From NCBI GenBank assembly GCA_951406725.2, contig OX597823.1:107508001-107572000 (forward strand): 64,000 nucleotides of DNA, written 5' to 3'. The stretch's first letter is position 1, and every line of letters starts with the position of its first letter. The notes beneath the pieces are model-generated. The model made no database searches and was not told the origin of the DNA. It saw nothing but the letters and a program-made list of their open reading frames with translations. Below are positions 37,645 to 51,090 of this stretch, piece after piece. The stretch comes from Octopus vulgaris. Its lineage: Eukaryota. Position numbers and translations under genes: made by a program.

Positions 37645-38112
37645 TGAGAAAACAACCATACTCTGATCTATACCAACACACAGGTAGCAAAATTAAGGTC
37701 AATACACTGGATATAGTTGTCAGAAAAAAAAGTGCTTTCTAACAGATGTATCAATACCAACAGATGACTGTTTCTCTAAAACGAAGAAACTTTTGAAATA
37801 CAAAGATCTGGAAATAGAGGTAAATCGAATGAGGAGCCTAAAAACAGATACAATTCCTATTACAGTAGGCACATTAGGTATCAGTAAAAACAGAAACATT
37901 CAGACAAATGCATAACAAATACTCCAGAACTCACAAGTACATATAACAAACAGAAAATAACATTACTAGGCACTGCACACATCCTACGTAAAACATTTTC
38001 AACACAGTGAAAATAAGAACACCATAACACATACCCAAGGCACACAGAGCTGCACATGGTAGTGAGGTGGAAGCACATGATAAAAATAAGACTACCAAAT
38101 AATGATAATAAT
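37645..38112 (+). mobile_element. 5'-truncated R4/Dong-clade LINE: restriction-like endonuclease C-terminus, 3' UTR and (TAA)n tail
   Basis: Translates piecewise to DIVV..KCFLTDVSIPTD, LLKYKDLEIEVNRM.SLKTDTIPITVGTLG and QKITLLGTAHILRKTFSTQ*, the conserved R4/Dong REL C-terminus. Ends in taatgataataat. Confidence 0.85.
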
Positions 38113-38440
38113 AATCCTTTCTATTATAGGAAGAAGGCCTGAAATTTGGGGGAGGGGGATAGTCGATTACATTGACTCCCGAAAAGATGAAAAGTAAAGT
38201 TGACCTTGGTGGAATTTGAACTCAGAATGTAGCAACGGGCAAAATACTGCTAGCATTTCATCTGGCATGCTAACGATTCAGCTAGCTTACCGCTTTAATA
38301 ATAATAATAATAATAAAGTTTAAATTTAGTCACATGGTACTTCATTTTATCAACCCAAAAAGAACATAAAGTGAAGTTGACAGTAAAATTTCAACTCTGA
38401 AAATGCAAAGAGCCAAAAGAAATGTTGCAAGTTATTTCTT
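38113..38440 (-). mobile_element. Family-A SINE (38113-38296) plus a partial second copy
   Basis: tagtcgattacattgac...gatgaaaagtaaagttgaccttggtggaatttgaactcagaatg...gctaacgattcagctagcttaccgcttt, flanked by (aat)n. Confidence 0.85.
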
Positions 38441-39047
38441 CTAAGTTGTAATGTCAGTTTGCCATCACCACTGATTATTTTCAGCCCATTGCAAGTATCT
38501 TAATGTGTTTCTGGGTAAAAAATACATAGAGCTAACCACACATTGATGTACACTTCAAATTATGAAAGTTAAGATTTTCCCAATAACCAAACTCAGACTT
38601 TATATGTTAAATTCAAGTAAATAGATTTTAATGGTGAGACATTTGCTGAAAGCAAGATATGAAGATAATTTATGTTATTAGGACAAACCTAATAGGTCAA
38701 TGAAATAGATCTTTTAAATGATTTTATCAATAGATAACCTGAATATAGGATTAGCATTATAATCATGTAGAGGAAAAAAAATTACTGTATGAACAAAAGC
38801 ATTTTAAATTCCACTTTTTAAACAGAGTATGTCCAATACACATAACGTCTCATAACAGTGAATTTGAATAGATTTTTGTTGCAAAATATCTTGATACATA
38901 CACTCCTTAAACTATATTTTAAAAGGACAATGAAATATGAAAGCTAAAATATAAAATTACCTTACTAACTGATTCAGTAAATAACTGAGGTATATCTAAA
39001 ATTCCCAGAAGTTAGATAAATATATTGATTAACACTAACTAGCTGAT

Positions 39048-39099
39048 ATTCTCAAAATGGGTCAAACAAAATAATTCTCAAAATGGGTCAAACAAAATA
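39048..39099. repeat. Perfect 26-bp tandem duplication
   Basis: attctcaaaatgggtcaaacaaaata x2. Confidence 0.95.
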
Positions 39100-42096
39100 G
39101 AAGTTGAAACCTTCAAGCCACAATGCCAGTAAGTTATATCTGGGACATTAGAGCATTCTAGACACTTTATCAACAAGTATCACTTTAAATTTTTGTACCA
39201 TCTCAAAGTTTAGGAAATAGAATGGATTTATGTGTAATAAGGTGCAAATAATTCAAATATTTTGAGCAGGTTTGGTGCACATTCAGGAGATGTGTGTGTG
39301 TGTGTGACACTATGTAACAGTGCTGGAGCATCTGAGCTACAGGAACATCTGCTACACAATTTTACATGGGAGTTTTGGGCCAATACAAGACTTAAAAAAA
39401 AATAATGCTATACTCAAGAAGCAAATTTCTTAACCTCTGCAAACTTGCCTGTATTTGCAGATATACACAGAGACATGGACATACACATACAGCAGAGTTA
39501 TGCAGGTTTATGGAATGCGTGGAGAGGTAGGTAATACTAATATTACCAATATTTTTTCTGAAAATATATGCAACTACACAATATTGTATAAATATTCAGA
39601 AGCCATTAGCTCTAATGAGAAAGAAAACGATAGACCTCTGTAGTATTGAAAACTGACAACAAAATAAAAAAAATAAAGATCAGTTCCTTATAAGGACAAA
39701 GTATAGAAAAAATTCTTTGGATGCTCTTTTATATAATGCAAGTGCATGTTTGTGCCTATACATTTCTGTGTATGTGTACATGAGTCTGAGATGTAGATAA
39801 GTGTATTATATCAGAGATAATTGCTGGGTTTTAAAGAAGTAATGAATATTGGAAAGAAAAGAAAGAAAAACATTGCCAGACTGCATTACAATGTAGGTAG
39901 AAGATGCATTAATGTAGAGCAGAAAGAGAATAAAGATGAGGGGGAATGTCTTTAGAATTAAAAGAGGAAGAGTGGGAATGCTGTTTCAATGTTGGATAAA
40001 AAATTTTAAAACATGAAACAAAAATATAAAAAGTAAAGTAGTTGTACAATTATTAAGGAAGAAGCTTATTTTTATAGGCTGGAAGTTTGTTTATTTTTCT
40101 TTTATAATTATAATGACAAGATGTTGGTAAAATTATCAGCACATTGAGTAGATAAGGTTAAAAGTCTTCAGGGCTAGGAGTTTATGGGGGTGGGGGAGAT
40201 GTAGTGGGGACAGATATCACTTTAAGCTATTTTCTTTGCTACACTGACCATTTCCTTTACCTTTTTTTCTTTTTTGATAGCAAATGAGTAAGGTGTCATA
40301 TAGTGCAACAAACAGTGATGAGCTAATGATTCATTATCTGTAAAACTGCTTACACTGAGCAAGAAAGTCCTTAGAAAATCATGAATACCTAACATCCTTC
40401 TTCAACTTAAGGCTTCCTGCATGCCTCATACAACAAATCCCTATAACTTTAATTTTGCATTTAGATATTCTTACAGGATAATCATTTTATGAAATGAAGC
40501 AGTATAATATCATGATGAAAACTTTTACAGTTATAGTCCTAACAATCCAAGACACAGTTGAAAAGCTTCAGATATTATAGTCATCGTCAGTGGATTCCTG
40601 AGATATAGCAAGCTATCAGCAACTAATTTCTAAGTTACAATTAAATTCTTTATAATCATATGTGATAAATACAAAACAATGAGAAGACAATTTATTAGGT
40701 TACAAATAAATATAAAATGAGGTTAGACTACTGAAATTAAATAAAATTTGTCTTCCCCAAATTGGGACATTGATGTCCATTTGAAATTTCTGATATAAGT
40801 CTTTTGCTAAGAGATTGTGGAAATTTAATTGGTTGCAACACCACCTATTTTGATTAACTATCAAATCAATGTAAAAAATGATGAGCATATATGTCAATGA
40901 TAATTTTTTACATTACCTAAAAGACCTTACATTTTGTAGGGTTTTATAGTATGAGTTAAATTTAAATAGTATCACAGATAAAAGGTGAAGTTAACTCTGG
41001 CAGAATTTACATTCAGAATGAAAAGGGATGTAAAACATGCCACAATACCACAAGGCATTTAATAATAATAAACATCCCAAGAAAACAGTATGATTGGAAA
41101 TGGGTTATACTGGGTCTTACAATGGTTGCATCGTTACTATTAGAAAATACCGAACTGGAAGAATGCATCCACAAATCTAAGCAACATAAGTAAAATTGTA
41201 CTCACAGTTGCATCACATTACATTTTCACATGTTTATAGAGATTATGATAATTGTGTGATGATACTACTATTCTATTTTACATCAAATCTTAAGCTACTT
41301 TTTTCTTAGTGAAGATGAATTTGCAAAGAAATGTTTGCTGGTTTTCTTCTTAATATAGCAGCCATTAAGTCTTCTATACAAACATACATTTGCAGTTCAT
41401 ATAAGTCCTACCATGATCACACAAGCTTAACAATTTCATGACCACTGTCACAATAACAACTTTGTTGATTCAAGAAGATACTTAGAATTTGATGAATCCT
41501 TATTTCTCTTAGCTGATGCACAATTTCAAAACAATAACCATCATCATGTTTTTTAATCTAGTGTAGCAGACTAACCAAATAGAACCTTGCTGAATCCTGA
41601 GTTCCATTTTGCAATGATCTAATTGAAAAACTAGATACCAGTAATATGCCATACTCGAGTGTTAGCAATACACTAACCAATTTTAAAAAAATCTAAAAAC
41701 TTATTTTCATTTGGTTATAGTGATGTCTTAATTAACAGTTTGTTATAATTATATACAGTTGATAATTTCCCAGGGTCTCCTGATCAAGTGTCATCTAAAA
41801 ATCTTATTTAAAGTTACTTTTTAGATCAAAGTCGAGAAAACTGATCTTAAGGTACATATGGCCTTCTGAAGATATTTAATCTTTGAGTCGAAAACGATTA
41901 TACTGCAATTTATTTTTGTTTATTTAATTCTATTTAAAACATGTCTTCTTAATTAATTGTGAATTAACCTGTGATTATTAGAAATATCTGTTTACATTTC
42001 TTTACCAACATCTGCAATTTCCTTCAGAAAATGAAAATATGGATTGTGGTTAAGAACATAAATTCATTTGTCATTATATGAGTGTCCTTGAAGAGG

Positions 42097-42152
42097 GTTG
42101 TAGATACATTAAGATTTAAAAGTAGACTTTTAAATCTTAATGTATCTACAAC
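42097..42152. repeat. Perfect 27-bp-arm palindrome, 2-nt spacer
   Basis: gttgtagatacattaagatttaaaagt-ag-acttttaaatcttaatgtatctacaac. Confidence 0.97.
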
Positions 42153-43189
42153 AATAAAGTTGACTGTGCTTGTTAAAATTGTTTGTTTGTATTTAATTTA
42201 AGCAAGCTGTATACACATTAGTATGTTTGTTCGATAACTTACATTTATTTGTTTGCTATTTTCCCATAATGTTGATAAAATGAAAAGATCTGTACTGAAA
42301 GAAAACAGGTCTTTTAATAATGATTTGGAATTGCAGTATCGTCTATTTTAAAGAAAAATGTTTTGCTTCTTTTGTGACACCTCAAACAGACAAGATAGGA
42401 GAAGTACAAAAGATTCCATTGTAGAAATTGGAAAATGGTTAAGATAAAGCAAATGCAATGATTCCAAGAAGTCTTAATGCAAGGGGATGATACAACTAAA
42501 ACAATACTACAAAAAATAATATACATACATAGGAGAAAAAGAAAGCTATTTAGCAATGTAGATACTAGATAATGCTTAGGGTCCAGTAAGTGCAATCCCA
42601 TAGTCATTCACAAACAAAGGGGATCTTTACCCTATACATACATTATATATATAACACACACCACAAGTTTATCAGAGAATGGGATGGATAGTTAAATTGA
42701 TTGTCTAGCTAATCAGGAGCTGCATCAAATAAAAAGTTAGCCAGATGATAGTAAATGAACAGAGCAATATAGTCAAATTTTCACATCTACTCTCATACCA
42801 CTGTACAATTTTCAAAGACTGGTCTGCATTGTTTTCTAACACATAATTCAGTTTCAAAGTTTTAAGCACTGCAGTACTATAACAAGCAATGTAATACAAT
42901 ATCTCTTTAGCATCACCATGGCTGCTATTTTATACATTTTTTTAACTAATTGTGACTTTTTTCTCTCATTCTGTTCTTGCTTTGTTTCTACAAATTAGTC
43001 ATAATCTGAATTTGTTGTAAAACTACTTGATAAGAAGTTCATTTGGCAACCATGAGTAATTTGGTTCTCTTTATAACTTTAATACTAATTGATTAATTAA
43101 TTCTATAACTCAAGTGAATTGCTTTAATATCATTTTAGTGTAAAATAGCTAATAACAATGACAATGATGATGTCAATAGTAAACAACAA

Positions 43190-43330
43190 CAATGGTTTCT
43201 AATTTAGGCATATTGCCAACAATTTATGGGAGGAGGGAGTTTAGCCAATCCCTGTACTTTATTTTATTAACCTGAAGGGTTAAAAGACAAAGTTGGCAGT
43301 GGTAAGAATTGAACCCAGAATGTAAACAAA
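43190..43330 (-). mobile_element. Degraded family-A SINE
   Basis: ggtttctaatttaggc...ttattttattaacctgaagggttaaaagacaaagttg...gaattgaacccagaatgtaa. Confidence 0.65.
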
Positions 43331-46300
43331 CTTCCTTTTCTTTTTATTGGAACAAGGTGTCTAAGTTCAGGTCAGGATCCTAAATATATTTAGTAAGGCA
43401 AATGATTTTACAGGAAATTCTTATAGGTTTCTTCTATAAACATATTTCCATATTGTTAATGAAATCTGTTGATTTTTACATTGCATTATCACCTTTATAA
43501 TTTTCCATGAACACACATAAATATGTGAGATTGATTTACAAAATATGATGAGATGAAAATATTATAAAATTTAGTCCCAATTTCAGACACCCATTATTTT
43601 TTAACAGTATATAAATATTTAAAAATTTACATAGCAATTATTCCGAGGTGAGTTGTTTTCCCAGTATTATGCAGTACGACATGACAGCATTATTGCCATT
43701 CAGCAGACATTTAGGGAATGGGAAAACACAGTGAGAAGAGAGTGATAGAAATAGTTAGAAAAAGAGATAACAAAAATCAATAGAGATTAGAATTACTAAT
43801 ACTTTTAAAATACCCTACCATCTTCTCTCAGTTTATTTTTTCTTTCGTACTGAAAATTTGTAATGATATTAATATTCAAAAATTAATAAAAACAAAAGTG
43901 ATGGGATGCATGTATAGGCATACATAAATGGACTCATTTTTTGATTGATAGATAGAGGGAAAGAGACTTTGGGGATAGATATGTGGCTATCTATTATTAA
44001 AAGGTAATGAAAGATTTAAAAGTCATGGAGTTAGATGCATTTGGTGAAGATGAGTATTGCTCAGAACATAGTTCAGAGAGGATCATTTAAATATTGAATT
44101 TCTACCAGCAACCACAGTGTCATAGAGCTGACTGAATGTACTCAACCACAACAGAACACAGCAATAATTACCCAATGGAGAAAGATACCACAAACGTAAA
44201 GATAAATTAAGTTCATTGCCTCTTAAATAATCCAATAAATCACAATTCTTATATCAGTTGACTGAACTATTTTCATACCCTTGACAGCAATATGGAATTT
44301 CAGCATCAACAATATTCTGTACAAGTGTTACTTGATTTCTTGATTTTCTTTGTTTGGATTTCTTTATCATTGTTTATCAAATGCAACATGTTTAATGTGC
44401 AAATAAAAAAGACTTTAAACACAGTTTAACATTCTATTTATCCTGTACATAAAAAGCATGACAAATTTACAAATAATGCATATTTGGCATGGCAATGAAT
44501 TTATCAACAAAATATTGGTTTATAATGCAATTACAAGTGATGTGTTCAATGCAACCAATCACCTTCATGATTTTACAGTAAACTACTTATAGAGAGACAT
44601 AAAAGGGACAGTTTGAAGGGCAACATAATAAAAAGCATCAAAGTTGAGATTTGTCGAAAAGATAAGTGCAATTGAGAAAGTGCAAGTTATGAGAATAATA
44701 TTACAAAAGTATATGAAATGATATGATGAACACTGAGAAGGTGTATTATTTTGTATTTTGTAAATATGCAAGAACTGATTGATAAAGCAAGAAAGTGACT
44801 GAGAAAGGAGGCTCAATCATTATTCACTTGTCATAAGGTTTGTCCTATTAATCACTACCAAAGTTTTGTTATCTACTAAGAAAATGAAATTTATCAGAAT
44901 ACAAAATACTGTTTATAGAGAGAGTCAGCCACTTCAAAAGAAGAAGAAAATCTTTATATGAAAAATTATATTACAATAAAAATCTGACAAAATGATTGCA
45001 AAACAATACTAGACAATACCACTTCTGTTCTTAGTAATATTTGTAAGCTGCAATGATTAGAAACAGAATGGTTTAAAAATAAATAAATAAATAAATATTT
45101 GACATAATATCTCTTTTGCCTGATGGAATTATTTCATTATGCAGCATAGAGAAAGCTAAATGAAGAAGAAATATCAACTAATCATTGTAACATCAAAAAA
45201 CTGCCAACTGCAAGATGGAAAAAAAAAAGAATGTTAGATCACTTATAAAGGAATTGTGAAGCATTTAGCTGTAAACAAGAGGGTAAGTGAGGCACTGTCT
45301 CCTTTCAAAAGCTCAAAAATTAACCAGACAACATTTATGGAATCTGTAGAACTAGCAAAGGAATTTATAGGAGAAAGCAACTGGAAAATGAGGAGGATAG
45401 AAGTTTAGTTTCCATATTAAAGAAAAAGTAGAACGGCCCATTTCAATACATTAACCTACTACCCAATTCTCATCATTCCATTCTCAGAATTAAACAATCT
45501 CAAACTTTCTTCAATAGCTGTGCAACAACCTTACTGTCTGATGTTGTTACCTATTCCAACTGCACTAGGAATAATACAGAACCTCATAAATAACTTTGAA
45601 GATGCAAATATGAAATATTATGACTGAAGAAAGACAGAAGCAAATAAAAAGAGAGACGGGGAGAGAAAGGGAGAATAGAAAAACTCCTGCAAATCTTATT
45701 AGAATGATTAATTATAAATGGCTTTAAAGAAAAACAAAATCTGAAAATCAATAAGAAAATAAATATAAAAAGCTGGTGAATTAAATCAATATGTGGGTCA
45801 GATGGATTCAGTGACTGCCAGCAACATTTCAGAAATACTTATTGAATATCTAAACTCAAACTGCAACTATGTGAGTGGGCTGGTAGTGAAAGTAGACTTG
45901 ATATAAGTTACGTGAAAGTGGGTTTTAAAAGATTCTTTTAAGATGATATAGAAAAGAAAATAAATAAAATATATCTGAAGAGAAAGAATAAAAGCAGTGG
46001 AACAAACAGCACATCACTGTTATTATACACATTTATGATACAATGAAATGGCTTAAATTTAAAATATTGCAGCTGATGAGGAAAAAAAAAACCAAATTAA
46101 TGACTGCGTCGCAATTTATTTTCTCTTTTGCTTCTGTGGCTGGCAATTAGTCCGTAACATGGAATGCACTCGTCATGATCAGACACACACATACTACTAG
46201 CTGTTAATATTATTATATAGCTACAGTAAATATAGTATATTTTATAAACTTATTCTGTAGCTAATAATTAGCCTTTGTAAACATAGCTTAATAGTATCAG

Positions 46301-47387
46301 CCATGTAGCAACTTTGAGTTTGAAAAGGTTAAGGTTAAACGGAAGCCACAAAAAATATATACTAAGTAACTATTTTAGTGATATTAATATATAAAATATC
46401 AGGATGAAATGAAAGAGAGGAGAGGAAGTTATTCTAAATGATATTGATCAAGGCTAAATTATCACCGGATTGAGCTGCTCTCTGCTGTTAGACTATTTTG
46501 CAATTACCCACCACCACTATAACTATTACTGTTGGCATGTAATTAAATCAACAGGAATAGAAAGCTATACTTAAGAAACTTTTTACATAACACTGGACAC
46601 ACTGGGAATATAAATTAGACATTATTACAACTACAATTATTATCCTTAGACTAATTATGATGATGGGAGTAGAGTTAAGCATGACAGAAGACTGCAAGAT
46701 CCACTACATTACTGTTCTATGTTAAAAATCCTACTTCAATGAACTTTGATTTTTCAATTGTCTGTTTCTCTTTCTCCCATTTTGTCTATGTGCGTGTGTG
46801 TGTGTGTGTATTTAACAAATTAACAAGTATAAATATGATTTTCATTTTTTAGCAAGGTTGATTGATAAACAGCATAATCCAAGTCTCAAATTGAGTTTTG
46901 AGTAAAATGTTAAAATCAACAGTCATATTCTTCTTCTCTGTTATAAGCCCTGGTCCTAGTAAAAATAAATTGCAATTATTCACATAGGAAATGTGTAGCA
47001 GGTGCACTATGGGGCTAGTCTTAATTGCCTTGTGACAATTTTGTTTTTTGCTTTCTTTTTTCCTGTGCTATTCAAAATAGGAATTTTCTGACAGCACCTC
47101 TTCCACAATTTTTTCTCTACACTGCATGGCTCTTTTTATTGCTGGTAGGGACACTGTATTTTGCTATGAAACCATAATATACAACCACACATATTGAATG
47201 CTTTGTAAGTCAATAGAGTGTCCTATCTGTGTTGGCAGTGGGGATTCAATCACTTTTTAAAGTTTTCCCCCTAAAGATTCGCAAAATTAGAGCCAGCATT
47301 GAAAGGTACGATGTTTCATATATGAATATGTCTATGTAAATGATGTGATCGAAGTTGAAGACTAGGTAATGGGTGTATATGCATATT

Positions 47388-47628
47388 TCAGGAGTTATTG
47401 TTCCTTCTGCAGCACCACATTCAACCCATTAACCATGCACGAACACATGAAATACTGTTCCCACCAACATTTAATATGTATATACATATTTGCCTAGAAC
47501 ATGTTTAATATGTAAAATTGGTATATCCAATTGCATTACATCACTAGATTTAGTGGCTATCTAAGCAATGTGTTTGTGGATGGTTAATGAGTTGAATGCG
47601 ATATTGAAGAAGGAGCAATAACCCCTGA
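47388..47628. mobile_element. Foldback MITE-like element with about 61-bp imperfect terminal inverted repeats
   Basis: 47388-47448 is the reverse complement of 47568-47628 with about 10 mismatches and no gaps. No clear TSD seen. Confidence 0.7.
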
Positions 47629-47959
47629 GGGAAGGATAGAAACTAGAAGTCAGGCCTGAATATTTGAGGTGTGATTCTGCTAAGAGCACCCAAGAATAAG
47701 TAGTAAATTTAAATGAGACAACAGATTACCACCCAGGAGCTCATAACAGATGCTGCCAGATATCTCACCCACCACTTTAACAATTCCATTAATCCACTAC
47801 TTTCACTCAGTGGCCTTGAGCCAAACTTAGAATTCATCATCATTATTATTATTATTATTGGGGATAAAGATAAATAAGAACCAAAATAAGTATATCCTTC
47901 ACAATCTTTTTCACTTCTACTGATCTTATACCTGTAGCTACACTGACTACACTATTCAG

Positions 47960-50900
47960 TAGGGTGGATCAAAAAAGGTACTTTTTACACAGATTTTCGA
48001 AATATGTTTTCAAGAATATATGTTTTATTGAGAAATCCTTTAAAAACAACTGTGTTAAAATCTGAAGTTCTTAAATTTACATCTTCAGGCCCCGCAGCCC
48101 ACTTGAAATTTTGAATAATGAGCGAAAAATCAATTTATAACACGTTTGCCACTACTCATTTTATTTTCTACATTCATTGTTGCGAATCGATATTCTTATG
48201 TGAAATCCTTTAAAAACAAGAGTGTTAAAATCTGAAGCTCTAAAATTCATATCTTCAGGCTCCGCAATGCACTTGAAATTTTGAAATTATGTGAAATAAA
48301 TAACTTTTCAACTTTGTTTTCTTTATTATTTTTAACACTAAGTCACCGAATATATGTGTTACATGAGGTCTAGATTACACACACATTAAAATAAAATTAC
48401 GTGTAAAGCAATTTTTGATTCTTGACACATTTTGGTGATAAAAATAATTAACATTTCCAATTTATTCGAAATAATTCCATGTAACTAAATAATATGAATC
48501 GTTGTAGTGCATTCCTTTTCGTTCTAGCAATAAAGCCAATTAATTTTTTTTGTAGACAAGAATTAGCATCTCACTCTCAAATAAAGAATAGAACAATCAA
48601 AGATTTGTTGTTTTGGAAATTCCTAAAACGTCATAATGATAATTGTTTGTTATGTTCAAAATAGCTAAAACTAAACAATTCTAATTGATTATTGCTGTAT
48701 TACCTTTCAATTTGAAGTGCTTTTTTGCCTTGAACACCAGAATTTTTCTCTTGATTCAATTCAACCCCTAATGAAACCATCTCAACTGTTCTCACCACAA
48801 ACAGATGATGCTTCTGTCACGAGTTTTACACATCTCTCCACAGCTTGGGTGTGGCACAGTCATTTTTCAAATTGCATCAAATGCTGCTGTTGAATGAAGG
48901 TATAGATTTCTTCATTGGAAAATGCCTGTGTTAGAGGTGGTTCAGTAACAATAGTGACCTGCCAGTTAATTATGTCCAGGTAGTTTGAAGCAGCAAAGTT
49001 TAGGGTTGGAAGTTTGAAAGATCTTACAGATTTCCCTTTATACTGTATTTGAGCCTACTTTTATGCGACTCCATGCAAGTTCTTGAACATGGCCCTGTTT
49101 ATGGTTTATCATGGCCAGTAAAATATTTTCTGGGTGCGCAAAGAAAGTATTCTGTTGTATAACTGGAAATATAATGTCTTGTACCACTTGATCCATTTCT
49201 CTCAAAGACTCAATTGTTTTGAACACATTTTGAGCCCCATTTTCTGAGGAAGAGTTGCATTTAATTGTGAACCACAATGGCACATAAACTTTTATTATGT
49301 AAGCAACAATTAATTTCATCATATTAGAAGGATTCTCTGTGGCAATATACAACCGTAACATACAATTTGCAGTTGTAAGCCATCAAGAATGCACCATTTT
49401 ACCAGGATTCCTTAAGGCCACTTCAGATGAACATTTCCCCTCAGAAACAGACTAGTGGATATCAAGAAGGTATTTTTGATAAGTGCTGTCATCGTTTCTG
49501 TCTACTGTCTACATCGTTTCTGTCCATTGGAATCTGATTAAATTTCCCAACACTTAGTGTTTCACATCGTTCCTGTCTCTTACCAAGAAATCCACCAGGC
49601 CCAGTAGTTTTACCAGCAAGATCATTAATAAGATGGGGAAACTCATTTGCATGGAGCTGACACACAAACCAATGCATTGGCTTCTTCAATTTATCCTCCA
49701 AAAGTCTAATGGTGCCTCCTTTTGGTCCTGTTTTGACTGCAGTACTATTGCAACCTACAACTATAATGTGATTGGTTACTATCACTTTGGTTTCCAAATA
49801 ATACAACAAACCATCAGAATTGGCTTTTGCAGAATCCATTTTAACAGCAAAGTGCCCAAGACAGCAGGACTCAGATTCTTTTATCAATGAAATGTTTTCT
49901 TGAATTGTTTTCTTACGAAATGTTTTTCCCCATTTGTTCACTTATGAGTGTTGTGTCACTCCTTCCATCAAAATACATGGTAGACAATGGTTTATGCAGT
50001 CTACCTTCTTGCAGCATGGATTTACATTTTCTGGATTGTTCCTGCATTACCTTTGAATCCTTTGCTGACACAGAAGGGCGATTTTTTCTAATCAAACTCT
50101 GAATGTTCTGTTTAGATACTGCTTGATCTATTCCACCAATGGTCATTTTCTGATCTGTCTGTTGATCCTGCAAAAAATCGTGTTCTCTCTCTGTGGTACT
50201 TTTTAGTCTCTATGACAACTGCAGTTTTTAAAGGAGTTGCACTAGCAATAGGAAATGTGAAATCTTTTGCTGCAGTGTTTTTGAAACACATTACACTTGG
50301 TTTGAAACGATGGCACATGTTTTTTCTATTTTTCACAGACTTTAGTAATGCTTGGTACTTTGGATAAAAGTTTAAGATTTTCAGTTTAACTAACTCAATC
50401 GTAACACAAGAGATGGATGCCTTTTGCTAAAGAAGAATTATCTTTTCTGCTACAATCCTGACAATTTGTTTAGTTGAAGGATCTTCTTTTAACTACACTG
50501 CTTTCTTTTTCCTGGTTCAAATAAAACACACTTGTAAGTTGCCCTCACTTGCTAACATCACATGGAGTACCAAATATTGGACATTCAATATCATGACGTA
50601 TTATTAGCTTATGAGTCATCATTAAATGTAAACAACACTAAATTTAACACGATCATTAATTTTAATACAATGGCCTAAAGTCAAGGTACAAAACAGAAAA
50701 CTTCACACAAGTACGATGCATGTCCACATGCAATGACCGTCACAGCATCACTGGAGAAAAGTTCACACACCTGTTCTTTTTATAGTCAATGCGGAACCTC
50801 AAGATATTAGTCAATTGTATTGAAACTTGGTATGCAATCTCTTAAGAATACTATATTTACTGATTTGCATTCTGCTATGTAGAAATATGTATTCATTATG

Positions 50901-51090
50901 ACTTATAATCCAAGAAATCCAAAATTTGACCAAAAATAGCAATTAAAAAAAAATTTTCAACTCTGCTGTGGAGCCTGAAAAAATATTCGACTGCAAAGTT
51001 CTTTATACACATTTCTTTTAACCCTAATTCGTGACAAAATATTGATCCTTGGTTACTAATTTTGAAAGTTGTATTTTGCCCTCCACCCTA
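47960..51090 (-). mobile_element. Full-length decayed hAT-superfamily (hATm-like) DNA transposon, 3131 bp
   Basis: Termini TAGGGTGGA...TCCACCCTA. Perfect 8-bp TSD CTATTCAG at 47952-47959 and 51091-51098. Subterminal repeats of about 85 bp (48032-48115, 48202-48285). Transposase remnants on the minus strand. Confidence 0.93.
48700..50622 (-). pseudogene. Fragmented hAT transposase
   Basis: Ordered motifs CPIFG, MYFDGRSDTT, GCNSTAVKTGPKGGTIRLLE, WFVCQLHANE, HS*WLTTANCMLRLY, FFAHPENILLAM and CHTQAVERCVKLVTEAS, split by stops and frameshifts (ORF-track pieces between 49038 and 50336). Confidence 0.9.
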
